This document shows positions 15,764-25,570 of a stretch of DNA of 56,562 bases, one piece after another. The stretch is from positions 1-56,562 of IMG/VR virus record IMGVR_UViG_3300021959_000047; one strand, given 5' to 3'. Both the position numbers and the translations under genes were made by a program. Position 1 is the stretch's first letter. Each line of letters opens with the position of its first letter. The DNA comes from a virus. Taxonomy: Duplodnaviria; Caudoviricetes. The notes under the pieces were generated by a model, which saw nothing but the letters and a program-made list of their open reading frames with translations, ran no database searches and was not told where the DNA came from.

Positions 15764-16113
15764 TGCGTTGGCTGGTCCTGATCCTATTATTATCTAGCTG
15801 TGGTCTAACTAGTTTACCTTTTTTATCTGGTGGTAGTGGTACTAATGTAGCTGCCAATACACAATTAGGTAAAGAAAACAAACAAGCTGTAGTTACTTAT
15901 GAAGAAGAAGAAACAAACAACGCAGGACGTGACATCATCACAGAAACAAAAGAAGTAGAAGCAGGCCCAGTAGAAAAGCTAACTATTAGCAATCAGAACA
16001 TTCCTCCTTGGGTTATAATGTTATTACTACTAGGATGGCTACTTCCTACCCCGACACAAATAGGTCAATCAATTGCAAACTTTGTGCTTGCATTGTTTAG
16101 AAGAAAGAGTTAA
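15763..16113 (+). CDS. Putative unimolecular spanin
   Basis: Lipobox LLLSSC at residue 13; C-terminal TM and basic tail; follows the endolysin. Confidence 0.65.
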   Translation: MRWLVLILLLSSCGLTSLPFLSGGSGTNVAANTQLGKENKQAVVTYEEEETNNAGRDIITETKEVEAGPVEKLTISNQNIPPWVIMLLLLGWLLPTPTQIGQSIANFVLALFRRKS

Positions 16114-16114
16114 A

Positions 16115-16486
16115 ATGGCACGAGCATTAACAGAGAAACAACAGAAACTACTTGCAGTCTTATTTGACGAAGCAGGTGGTGACATTGTAGCTGCAAAGAA
16201 GATTGCAGGATATTCGGATGCTACTTCATCTACGGAGATCATTAACTCTTTAAAAGAAGAAATACTAGATGCTACATCTGCATACATGGCACGTAATGCT
16301 CCTAAAGCTGCAATGGCTATGGTAGGTGCTTTGTACGATCCAACTGAATTAGGCATTCGTGATAAGATGTCGGCAGCAAAAGAATTACTAGATCGTACTG
16401 GACTAGTTAAAACAGAAAAGATGCAAGTAGAAGCAAAAGGTGGTGTAATGCTAATGCCACCAAAACAAATGGATGATGATGACTAA
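16115..16486 (+). CDS. terS: Terminase small subunit
   Basis: LTEKQQK...AAKKIAGYS HTH; AAKELLDRTG; position upstream of terL. Confidence 0.75.
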   Translation: MARALTEKQQKLLAVLFDEAGGDIVAAKKIAGYSDATSSTEIINSLKEEILDATSAYMARNAPKAAMAMVGALYDPTELGIRDKMSAAKELLDRTGLVKTEKMQVEAKGGVMLMPPKQMDDDD

Positions 16487-16895
16487 ACCTCTGCAAAAGT
16501 GGAAGTTACCCCAACCAACTGACATAAAAGAAGACAACGAATGGATTCCTATTCCTCGTATATCTAGGACTATCCCATTCGGCTACGAAGTAGACCCCGA
16601 TGATCCTGATGTACTCTTGCCTGTTGAGCATGAACTTGATATGCTTGAGCAGGCTAAGAAGTATCTTAAACAATATTCATATCGTGAAGTAGCTAATTGG
16701 CTCACACGAAATACAGGTAGGGATATATCCCACGTAGGTTTACGTAAACGGTTGGACAATGAACGACAACGAAAAGACAAAGCTAGAAGCCTACGCAGAT
16801 GGGCAAACTATGCGAAAAAGGCAATCGCCAAAGCGGAAGAGATCGAACGCAACAGACTTGGAGCAAAAGCCCAAGAGAGTAGCCAAGAAGCCTAA
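16473..16895 (+). CDS. Putative DNA-binding protein (recombinase-domain-like)
   Basis: IPFGY...P...E...SYREVANWL....GR.ISHVGL. Confidence 0.6.
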   Translation: MMMTKPLQKWKLPQPTDIKEDNEWIPIPRISRTIPFGYEVDPDDPDVLLPVEHELDMLEQAKKYLKQYSYREVANWLTRNTGRDISHVGLRKRLDNERQRKDKARSLRRWANYAKKAIAKAEEIERNRLGAKAQESSQEA

Positions 16896-18336
16896 GCCTG
16901 AACCAGCAAAGATAGTTGAAGAGATTCCTATTGAGGAACAGCACAACGTAATCTTTAAACCTAATGCAGGACCACAGACAGAGTTCCTTGCTGCAGGTGA
17001 ACGTGAAGTCCTATATGGCGGCAGTGCTGGCGGTGGAAAAAGTTATGCAATGTTAGCTGACCCTTTACGTTACATGGGTCACCCTAGCTTTTCAGGATTG
17101 CTACTTCGTCATACAACAGAAGAACTTAGGGAACTTATATTTAAGTCTCAGGAAATGTACCCTAAGATTTGGCCTGGAATTAAATGGTCAGAAAGAAAGA
17201 TGCAGTGGACTGCGCCCTCTGGTGCGAGGTTGTGGATGTCCTACCTAGACAAGGAAGATGACGTTCTGCGTTACCAAGGTCTAGCATTTAGCTGGATAGG
17301 CTTTGACGAGTTGACTCAATGGGCTACCCCTTTTGCATGGAACTACATGCGATCTCGTCTACGGTCCACTGCACCCGATCTTCCTATATTTATGAGGGCA
17401 ACTACAAACCCAGGAGGCAGAGGTCACCATTGGGTTAAAAAAATGTTTATTGATCCATCTCCAGCAGGTAAGTCTTTTAATGCAACTGATATTGAAACAG
17501 GTGAAGAACTCAGATATCCTGCTGGTCATGAGAAAGCAGGAAAACCTTTGTTCAAACGTAGGTTTATACCTGCACGTCTTTCAGACAATCCTTACTTAGC
17601 AGAAGCAGGTGACTACGAGGCAATGCTCCTATCGTTGCCTGAACAACAACGTAGGCAGTTACTTGAGGGGGATTGGGATATTAAAGAAGGTGCGGCCTTC
17701 ACAGAGTTTGATCGTAATACCCATGTGATTGAGCCGTTTAAGATACCAAACAATTGGGTAAAGTTTAGGGCGTGTGATTATGGTTATGGTTCTTACAGTG
17801 CTGTGCTTTGGTTTGCCGTTTCGCCTGATGAGCAACTTATCGTATATAGAGAATTGTACGTCAGTAAAGTACTCGCCACAGACCTCGCTGATATGGTCTT
17901 AGAGTTAGAAGCAGAAGACGGAAACATTAAGTATGGAGTTCTTGACTCTTCTTTGTGGCATCGCCGTGGTGATACTGGCCCTAGTCTTGCTGAACAAATG
18001 ATTAGTCGTGGTTGCCGTTGGAGGCCATCAGATCGTTCCAAAGGTTCCCGTGTAGCAGGTAAGAACGAAATACACAGACGATTACAAGTAGACGAGTTTA
18101 CAGAAAACCCCAGACTAGTATTCTTTAACACTTGTACAAACATGGTGGCACAGTTACCTGCAATACCACTGGATAAGAAAAACCCAGAAGACATTGATAC
18201 TCATTCCGAAGATCACTTGTACGATGCATTACGATATGGTATAATGTCAAGACCACGGTTTAGTATATTTGATTACGATCCTAACGGAACTCCCTCAATG
18301 GGAATGAGAGTAGCAGACCGAACATTTGGCTATTAA
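16759..18336 (+). CDS. terL: Terminase large subunit
   Basis: YGGSAGGGKS Walker A, GFDELTQ Walker B, ATTNPGG, RACDYG and DHLYDALRY nuclease motifs; start uncertain. Confidence 0.95.
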   Translation: MNDNEKTKLEAYADGQTMRKRQSPKRKRSNATDLEQKPKRVAKKPKPEPAKIVEEIPIEEQHNVIFKPNAGPQTEFLAAGEREVLYGGSAGGGKSYAMLADPLRYMGHPSFSGLLLRHTTEELRELIFKSQEMYPKIWPGIKWSERKMQWTAPSGARLWMSYLDKEDDVLRYQGLAFSWIGFDELTQWATPFAWNYMRSRLRSTAPDLPIFMRATTNPGGRGHHWVKKMFIDPSPAGKSFNATDIETGEELRYPAGHEKAGKPLFKRRFIPARLSDNPYLAEAGDYEAMLLSLPEQQRRQLLEGDWDIKEGAAFTEFDRNTHVIEPFKIPNNWVKFRACDYGYGSYSAVLWFAVSPDEQLIVYRELYVSKVLATDLADMVLELEAEDGNIKYGVLDSSLWHRRGDTGPSLAEQMISRGCRWRPSDRSKGSRVAGKNEIHRRLQVDEFTENPRLVFFNTCTNMVAQLPAIPLDKKNPEDIDTHSEDHLYDALRYGIMSRPRFSIFDYDPNGTPSMGMRVADRTFGY

Positions 18337-18346
18337 GGAAAAATAA

Positions 18347-20491
18347 ATGGCAGAAGATAACGAAGTATTTATTGAAGATGATGCTGTTATTCTTGAAGAT
18401 ACAGAAAACTCTGTAGAAGAAGATGCAGATACATCTAAGATTATTCCATTCATCTTGGAAAGATATCGTCGTGCTGAAGACTATCGTCGTCAAGACGAAG
18501 AACGTTGGCTAAAAGCTTATCGTAACTACCGTGGCATATACGGTCCAGATGTTCAGTTTACTGAGGCTGAGAAGTCTCGTGTATTTATTAAGATCACAAA
18601 AACAAAAACACTTGCTGCATATGGTCAGATTGTAGATGTACTGTTTGCCAAGAATAGTTTTCCTTTAACAGTTGATCCTACAGAATTACCAGAGGGTGTA
18701 GTAGAGGATGTGCACTTTGACACAAACCCACAACTTCCTGACCAACTAAAGACAGACGAAAAGAATCAACCTGTAAGTCCATATGGTTTTAAGGGTGACG
18801 GTAGAGATATACCTAAAGGTGCTACAAGTAAAACATTACAAGAGTTACTGAACCCAGAACTACGTGAAAAGCTTGGTCCTATTGATGGGGTAAAAGAAGG
18901 TAAAGGTACAACACCTACTGCTGTTACGTTTAGCCCTGCCATGATTGCAGCTAAGAAAATGCAGAAGAAAATTCAAGATCAGTTAGATGAATCTTCTGCG
19001 TCTAAGCATCTGCGTAGTACTGCATTTGAAATGGCATTGTTTGGCACAGGTGTTATGAAGGGACCGTTTGCTGTAGACAAAGAGTATCCTAACTGGGATG
19101 ACGAAACAGGTGAGTACTCTCCTTCATTTAAAACAATACCACAAGTTAATCACGTATCTGTTTGGAACTTCTACCCAGACCCAGACGCAAACAATATGGA
19201 AGAAGCACAGTTTGTGATTGAACGTCATAAGATGTCTCGTTCACAACTACGTGCACTAAAGAAACGTCCATACTTCCGTGCCTCCGTAATTGATGAGGCA
19301 ATCTCTTTTGGTGAAAACTACAATAAAGAATATTGGGAAGATGACCTAGCAGACTATGCACCAGAGCATGGCATTGAACGTTTTGAGGTACTAGAGTACT
19401 GGGGTATGGTAGACGTTGAAATGCTAATCGAACAAGGCGTAGACATTCCCGATGAATTGCAAGAGGTAGATGAGCTACAGGCAAACGTATGGATATGTAA
19501 TGATAAACTTATTCGTATGGTACTAAACCCGTTCAAGCCTGCTAAGATTCCTTACATGGCAGCACCGTATGAACTGAATCCTTATTCATTCTTTGGTGTA
19601 GGTATTGCTGAGAATATGGACGATACACAAACATTGATGAATGGTTTCATGCGAATGGCTGTTGACAATGCTGTATTATCTGGTAACCTATTAATTGAGG
19701 TAGATGAAACTAACTTGGTTCCAGGCCAAGACCTATCAGTATACCCAGGCAAAGTATTCCGCAGACAAGGTGGTGCACCAGGACAGGCTATCTTTGGCAC
19801 CAAGTTCCCAAATGTTGCAGGGGAGAACCTACAGCTATTCGATAAGGCACGAGTACTTGCTGATGAATCTACTGGCTTTCCATCGTTTGCACATGGACAA
19901 ACAGGTGTGTCAGGTGTAGGACGTACAGCTAGTGGCATTAGTATGCTAATGGGTGCTGCTAATGGTGCCATTAAGAATGTTATTAAAAACGTAGACGATT
20001 ACCTTCTTCGTCCATTAGGCGAAGGGTTGTTCCGTTTTAATATGCAGTTTGATTTTGATCCAGAGATTAAAGGCGACTTAGAAGTTAAAGCACGTGGCAC
20101 AGAATCTCTGATGGCTAACGAAGTACGCAGTCAACGTTTGATGCAGTTCTTGCAGGTTGCATCTAATCCTGCGCTTGCTCCGTTTGCTAAGTTTCAATAT
20201 ATTATTCGAGAGATTGCAAAGTCTCTTGATCTTGACCCCGACAAAGTTACCAACAATATGAATGATGCTGCAATCCAAGCAGAGCTAATGAAAGGCTTTC
20301 AAGAGCAACAGCAGCCCCAGCAGGGAGGTCCAGCAGGAGCAAACCCAGCGGATACATCAGGAGCAGGTGGAGGTACTATAGGTACTGGACAGGCACCTAC
20401 TCCACAAGAACAAGGATTTAGTGGTAATGCAGGACAGGGAGCACCTGAACAAGCTCAAGGGTCTGGTCAGCAACCAGCCCCAATGGGATAA
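18347..20491 (+). CDS. Portal protein
   Basis: 714 aa directly after terL; LFGTG..K, NFYPDP, FFGVG, RTASG patterns; Q/G-rich tail. Confidence 0.88.
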   Translation: MAEDNEVFIEDDAVILEDTENSVEEDADTSKIIPFILERYRRAEDYRRQDEERWLKAYRNYRGIYGPDVQFTEAEKSRVFIKITKTKTLAAYGQIVDVLFAKNSFPLTVDPTELPEGVVEDVHFDTNPQLPDQLKTDEKNQPVSPYGFKGDGRDIPKGATSKTLQELLNPELREKLGPIDGVKEGKGTTPTAVTFSPAMIAAKKMQKKIQDQLDESSASKHLRSTAFEMALFGTGVMKGPFAVDKEYPNWDDETGEYSPSFKTIPQVNHVSVWNFYPDPDANNMEEAQFVIERHKMSRSQLRALKKRPYFRASVIDEAISFGENYNKEYWEDDLADYAPEHGIERFEVLEYWGMVDVEMLIEQGVDIPDELQEVDELQANVWICNDKLIRMVLNPFKPAKIPYMAAPYELNPYSFFGVGIAENMDDTQTLMNGFMRMAVDNAVLSGNLLIEVDETNLVPGQDLSVYPGKVFRRQGGAPGQAIFGTKFPNVAGENLQLFDKARVLADESTGFPSFAHGQTGVSGVGRTASGISMLMGAANGAIKNVIKNVDDYLLRPLGEGLFRFNMQFDFDPEIKGDLEVKARGTESLMANEVRSQRLMQFLQVASNPALAPFAKFQYIIREIAKSLDLDPDKVTNNMNDAAIQAELMKGFQEQQQPQQGGPAGANPADTSGAGGGTIGTGQAPTPQEQGFSGNAGQGAPEQAQGSGQQPAPMG

Positions 20492-20642
20492 CTTTGAAAA
20501 ATACTTAGACGTATTAATAACCCAACAACATCGTGTAATGGAACAAACCGACAATGTTCAGATATTACACAGGGCACAGGGTGCAATATATCAGTTACGT
20601 AGATTAAAACTACTACGGGATGAGGTACTAAAAAATGTATGA
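20427..20642 (+). CDS. Small conserved protein after the portal
   Basis: HRAQG....LRRL..LRD pattern. Confidence 0.7.
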   Translation: MQDREHLNKLKGLVSNQPQWDNFEKYLDVLITQQHRVMEQTDNVQILHRAQGAIYQLRRLKLLRDEVLKNV

Positions 20643-22809
20643 AAAACAAATGGAACTATTTGAAGATGGTGGATTAAAAGATCAAGGTCAGTCTATTGAT
20701 CCTGTATCTGGAAATGATGTACCTGTTGGAAGTACTAAAAAAGAAGTTCGTGATGATGTTCCTGCTATGTTAAGTGAAGGTGAATTTGTTTTACCTGCTG
20801 ATGTAGTTCGTTACATAGGGCTTGACAATCTTATGAAATTACGTCAAGATGCTAAGGTCGGTCTTGAACGCATGAATCAAATGGGACAGATGGGTAACTC
20901 AGAGCAAGCTACTATTCCAGATAATCTACCGTACAGTCAAATAAGTCCATTGGCAAATCCCCCTAAGCCACAAGTAACAAATCAAATGCAAATGCAGATG
21001 CAACCAAAGATGGCACATGGTGGCGTACTACATGCACAGTCAGGTGTAGACGTTACAGGATTTACCCAGTTGTCTGAGCAGACACCTTCTACAAGACAGC
21101 CAGCTAAGATTGAAAAAGATGCAAGTGATGTACTAGAGGGCTATGAGGCCATTATGTACATTAACCCTGAAACAAAAGACGTAATTAATATTCTGTCTTT
21201 AAACGGTGTTCCACAAGAAGAAGTTCCAGAAGGATATGTTCTGTATGACGAATGGGTAGCAGGCATGGATGAAACTGAAGTAGCCGATGCTGTATCAGAT
21301 GAAACTACTGAAGCTATCCCTACAGTAGTGCCAAGTGATGATGGTGGCGGTGGTCCTCCTGTAGACACACGTTCCGATTTTCAAAAAGCTGGTGGCTGGA
21401 GAATGGATACAGCCAGCGATAAATCAGGTAAACAACTACAGATGTGGATTGACGAGTTAGATAAAGTAGCCAACACTAATGCTCTTACTACTGGTATTGT
21501 TTCTGCTCTTGGTGGCGGTCTTATGGGTGGACTATTTCACTTAGCAAACAAACACCAGAAAAAAGTTGCATACGAAATGATTGATGCAAAAATAGAAGAA
21601 GCTAAGAAAACTCCTGTCAAAGGTCAAGTAGCAAAACTACGAGAACTAAAAGCACAGTTAGAAGGTACAGGCGAAAAGAAAACAATACTTGATAGTGTAG
21701 TAGATACTGTAAGTAGTATATTTGATTTTGGAGAAGAAGAAAAGAAAGAAGTAAAAAAAGTTGCCGCAGGAGATGCCAATAGTTCTCCAAAAGATACAGA
21801 TAAAAAAACATTAACTAGTGTTGGGGTAGACCCTGTTGTTCTTGCTGATGCTGGAATGGAAGTAGATGAAAAAGGAAATATAAAGCCTATTGATCCTACA
21901 CCAGAAATAGAAACTCCTGAAATTGAAAAACCTGAATTAGACATGGAGCAAGAAATGCTTGATGCTTCTGGTGCAGCAACCGCAACGTTTCCTTCTAAAA
22001 CGGATGACTTAGAAGAAACAGAAGTTAGCACTAAAGGTTCTCCAGAAATACTTGACAGAATTGGAGAAGAAATCCCAGTAGAGCTTGAAGTATTTATTGA
22101 AAAGCCTACAGTAGATGAGGGTACTAACATTGCACGTATTCAAGATGAACTTAAATCTTTGCGTGAGATTCCTCCAACCGATAGAACTAAAAAACAACAA
22201 GAAACTATTGAGAAAAGTGAAGAAAAGCTAGTGGAAGTAGGTGCTGCTGATCCTGCTATGGTACAACGGGTAGAGGCTCGTAAAGCGGTAGAAGCATTAA
22301 AAACCGAAACGCCTGATAGCTTTCAAAATAAACTAGATAATATAATTGCACAAACTTATGGGGTTAAACGAGGTACAAGAGAAACTTTAGCAACTGTAGG
22401 TGGTCGTCCTTACGTAAGTATGCAAAAAGAATATGAAGCACTTACTCCTGCACAGCAAACTATTGCCGCTGCTGCAGACGAACAAATAGTAACAAGTCAA
22501 GCAGTTATAGCTGGGCAAAGCAAAGACTATGATCCATTTGGCGTTAAGTCATCTACATCAGGACGAGAGGTATCTTATACAGATAGTCAAACAGGTCAAA
22601 CTGAAACAACACAAGTATTCCAACAAGGTGAAAGCCCAATGGAACAAGCTATCCAACAACAAGCGGAAGAGTATCAAGCAAGCGGTAAAAAGTTTGACAT
22701 GAATGATCCAACTACTTGGGGAGCAAATAAAGGCGGTCTGGCACGGCCTGTGTTTAAATCTTCACGAAAGCCAGACACAACACGTGGTTTAGCAGCACGT
22801 AAAAAGTAA
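20635..22809 (+). CDS. Acidic head-associated/internal protein, 724 aa
   Basis: DPVSGNDVP.G....EVRDDVPAMLSEGEFVLPADVVRY N-domain; between portal and scaffold. Confidence 0.65.
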   Translation: MYEKQMELFEDGGLKDQGQSIDPVSGNDVPVGSTKKEVRDDVPAMLSEGEFVLPADVVRYIGLDNLMKLRQDAKVGLERMNQMGQMGNSEQATIPDNLPYSQISPLANPPKPQVTNQMQMQMQPKMAHGGVLHAQSGVDVTGFTQLSEQTPSTRQPAKIEKDASDVLEGYEAIMYINPETKDVINILSLNGVPQEEVPEGYVLYDEWVAGMDETEVADAVSDETTEAIPTVVPSDDGGGGPPVDTRSDFQKAGGWRMDTASDKSGKQLQMWIDELDKVANTNALTTGIVSALGGGLMGGLFHLANKHQKKVAYEMIDAKIEEAKKTPVKGQVAKLRELKAQLEGTGEKKTILDSVVDTVSSIFDFGEEEKKEVKKVAAGDANSSPKDTDKKTLTSVGVDPVVLADAGMEVDEKGNIKPIDPTPEIETPEIEKPELDMEQEMLDASGAATATFPSKTDDLEETEVSTKGSPEILDRIGEEIPVELEVFIEKPTVDEGTNIARIQDELKSLREIPPTDRTKKQQETIEKSEEKLVEVGAADPAMVQRVEARKAVEALKTETPDSFQNKLDNIIAQTYGVKRGTRETLATVGGRPYVSMQKEYEALTPAQQTIAAAADEQIVTSQAVIAGQSKDYDPFGVKSSTSGREVSYTDSQTGQTETTQVFQQGESPMEQAIQQQAEEYQASGKKFDMNDPTTWGANKGGLARPVFKSSRKPDTTRGLAARKK

Positions 22810-22877
22810 CTGCTATATTTGTCTAGCTACCCATCCCCCTACCAACAGGCTACGGTGGCCCTAGAAAAGGAAATAAA

Positions 22878-23741
22878 ATGTCCGATACAATTATGGCTGA
22901 AGAAGTACAGCCAGAAAAGAAAGTAGCATTTGCAAATCGCAAGTATACAAACGAAGAACGAATCAAGCAAGAAGAAGAAGAGTTAGAGCAACTAATCGCA
23001 GAACAAAAAGGTGAGGTTGAAGAAGAACCAAAAGAAGCTGAACCTGATACTGCAGAAGAACGTAGCTTTAAAAAACGTTATGGTGATCTACGTAGACATC
23101 AACAACAAAAAGAAAAAGAACTTGAAGATAAGATTAAAGCACTTCAAGATCAATTGAACCAAGCAACTAAGAGTGAAATTAAACTACCTAAGTCTGATGA
23201 AGACATTGAAGCTTGGACAAAGAAGTACCCAGACGTAGCTGCTATTGTTGAAACTATTGCAATTAAAAAAGCAAAAGAACAATCAGAAAGTCTGGAAGCT
23301 CGTGTAAAAGAAATAGACGAGATGAAAGCTAATGCTACACGTGAGAAAGCAGAAGCTGAATTGATGCGACTACACCCAGACTTTGGTGAAATTCGTGATA
23401 GTGACGACTTTCATAACTGGGCTGAAGAACAGCCTAAGTGGGTACAAGACGCACTGTATGAGAATAATGAAGATGCTCGTTCCGCTGCTCGTGCAATTGA
23501 TTTGTACAAGGCAGATCGTAATATTAAAACAAAACGTTCATCTTCATCAAAAGATGCTGCACGTTCCGTAGGCGCACGGAATGAACGTAGTGCACCTCAA
23601 TCTACTGGCACTGCAGGTGCTATGTTAGAATCTGAGGTACAAAAGATGTCTGCACAAGAATACGAGAAACGATCTGATGAGATCATGGAAGCTATTCGCA
23701 CAGGCAACTTTATTTACGATTTATCTGGTTCTGCTCGGTAA
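22878..23741 (+). CDS. Capsid scaffolding protein
   Basis: Acidic coiled coil, FKKRYGDLRRH, HPDF; directly upstream of the MCP. Confidence 0.75.
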   Translation: MSDTIMAEEVQPEKKVAFANRKYTNEERIKQEEEELEQLIAEQKGEVEEEPKEAEPDTAEERSFKKRYGDLRRHQQQKEKELEDKIKALQDQLNQATKSEIKLPKSDEDIEAWTKKYPDVAAIVETIAIKKAKEQSESLEARVKEIDEMKANATREKAEAELMRLHPDFGEIRDSDDFHNWAEEQPKWVQDALYENNEDARSAARAIDLYKADRNIKTKRSSSSKDAARSVGARNERSAPQSTGTAGAMLESEVQKMSAQEYEKRSDEIMEAIRTGNFIYDLSGSAR

Positions 23742-23747
23742 ATAGTA

Positions 23748-23779
23748 TTGACATATTAGTTATTTATGATATAACTATA
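23748..23779 (+). promoter_or_regulatory. Capsid operon promoter
   Basis: TTGACA-N16-TATAACTATA. Confidence 0.7.
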
Positions 23780-23985
23780 TATAATGGTAGGTTAGTACAG
23801 CCCCAGTATGGATACCTGTACTAATCTCTATATTAGCAAACAACATATCCTTTCGGACAACCTAATCCCTCATGGCCCGTAGATTACAGTGTAGGCCAAC
23901 ATTGTAAGATACGCACCCTAGTAGAATTAGCCTTCGTATAAGTATAGTTAGTTTTGCATCTGTATTGCTTTTAAGGAGAAATATA

Positions 23986-25083
23986 ATGGCATTCGCAAAA
24001 GCAGCAGGTCACGGTAACTTACCAAACGGTAATTTCTCACCAGTGATCTATTCTAAACAGGTGCAACTTGCATTCCGCAAGGCATCTGTTGTTGAAGCGA
24101 TTACAAACTCTGATTATTTCGGAGAGATCGCACAAATGGGTGACTCAGTAAAAATCATTAAAGAACCTGAGATCACCGTGAAACAATACGAACGTGGTAC
24201 ACAAATCACACCACAAGATTTGGACGATGAGGATTTCTCATTGACCATCGACAAAGCGAACTATTTTGCTTTCAAGGTGGACGATATTGAAGAGGCTCAC
24301 AGCCACGTCAATTTCCAAAGTCTTGCGTCAGATCGTGCCGCATATCGTTTGGCAGACCAAATGGACCAAGAAGTTCTTGGCTACCTATCTGGTTTTAAAC
24401 AGTCTGCATTGCATACAAATGCAAACGCAGTAAACACAACTGTAAATGGCGACAAAGCTATTGATACAGCTTCAGACGGTGCTAACCTAGTTGGTGCGGA
24501 ACTATTGGCTTCTATGTCACTAGACGCATCTGACTTTACTAACACATCTGGAACAGCAGGTTCTGCAAATAACTCAATTGGTATTGAGGCACGTGCAGGC
24601 GGTGCTACTGCTGCAAAATCTACAACTGCGGGTAACGCATTCCCATTGCAGATTCTTGCACGTATGTCACGTTTGATGGACCAACAAAATGTTGATACAC
24701 AAGGTCGTTGGATCGTTGTGGACCCAGTATTTATGGAAGTCTTGAAAGACGAAGACTCACGCCTAATGCAGGCTGATTGGGGTGGTTCAGGTCTACAAAA
24801 TGGCTTGGCGGTAAACAACCTACATGGTTTCCGTGTTTACACTTCAAACAACCTACCTTCATTGGGTACAGGTGCGTCAACTGTTGGTGGCCCTAACGCC
24901 TCTAACTTTGGTATCATCGTTGCTGGTCATGATTCAGCCGTTGCAACTGCAGAGCAGATCAACAAAACTGAAACATACCGTGACCCTGATTCATTTGCTG
25001 ACATTGTTCGTGGTATGCACCTATATGGTCGCAAGATTCTTCGCCCAGAAGCAATCGTTACTGCAGCATATAACTTGGCATAA
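23986..25083 (+). CDS. Major capsid protein
   Basis: F.P.IYS, YFGEI..MGD.VKI, LTID, FKVDD, FADIVRG..LYG.K.LRPE; AAGGAG RBS. Confidence 0.9.
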   Translation: MAFAKAAGHGNLPNGNFSPVIYSKQVQLAFRKASVVEAITNSDYFGEIAQMGDSVKIIKEPEITVKQYERGTQITPQDLDDEDFSLTIDKANYFAFKVDDIEEAHSHVNFQSLASDRAAYRLADQMDQEVLGYLSGFKQSALHTNANAVNTTVNGDKAIDTASDGANLVGAELLASMSLDASDFTNTSGTAGSANNSIGIEARAGGATAAKSTTAGNAFPLQILARMSRLMDQQNVDTQGRWIVVDPVFMEVLKDEDSRLMQADWGGSGLQNGLAVNNLHGFRVYTSNNLPSLGTGASTVGGPNASNFGIIVAGHDSAVATAEQINKTETYRDPDSFADIVRGMHLYGRKILRPEAIVTAAYNLA

Positions 25084-25098
25084 GAGGAGGATTATACA

Positions 25099-25509
25099 AT
25101 GGCTAAATCTACTTCTTTGCTTTCAAAAGCAATCATGGTTGAAAAGGAAGTCGAACTTCCAACTACAACTGGTACAGTGACAGGTCCAACTGTTGGAGCA
25201 GGTACTCTTGTTCTAGCAGCAGGTGTTGAGTTGATTGATGCAATGGACTCAGCAGACTATGACGTTACAGTTACAGATGGCACAACTACATTTATGGCTG
25301 CTACAGCCGTAGACAGTGGTTCTGCAGGTGACTTCGCATTCGGTACTCAAACACAGGGTATCGTTGCAGCAGAAGACACAATCGACGTAACTGGTACTGC
25401 GACTGCTTCTCCAGCAGCAACAGTAACTGCTCGTGTATGGGCAATCGTTGTTGATGTTAACGAAGCAACACGTGGTGCGGCAGAAGTTGACCGTGACACA
25501 CTAGCATAA
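25099..25509 (+). CDS. Putative capsid decoration/minor head protein
   Basis: Thr/Ala/Val-rich beta protein between the MCP and a terminator. Confidence 0.6.
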   Translation: MAKSTSLLSKAIMVEKEVELPTTTGTVTGPTVGAGTLVLAAGVELIDAMDSADYDVTVTDGTTTFMAATAVDSGSAGDFAFGTQTQGIVAAEDTIDVTGTATASPAATVTARVWAIVVDVNEATRGAAEVDRDTLA

Positions 25510-25522
25510 TTAAAAACACTTT

Positions 25523-25546
25523 AAGGGGCTGGGAAACTGGCCCCTT
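25523..25546 (+). terminator. Intrinsic terminator-like hairpin
   Basis: AAGGGGCTGG-GAAA-CTGGCCCCTT; short U tract. Confidence 0.65.
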
Positions 25547-25570
25547 TAGGCTTATCTAAAGGATATTAAA

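Noticed and set aside
25184-25198. GTCCAACTGTTGGAG near-palindrome
   Set aside because: One-base insertion plus a mismatch; isolated in the late arm; probably chance
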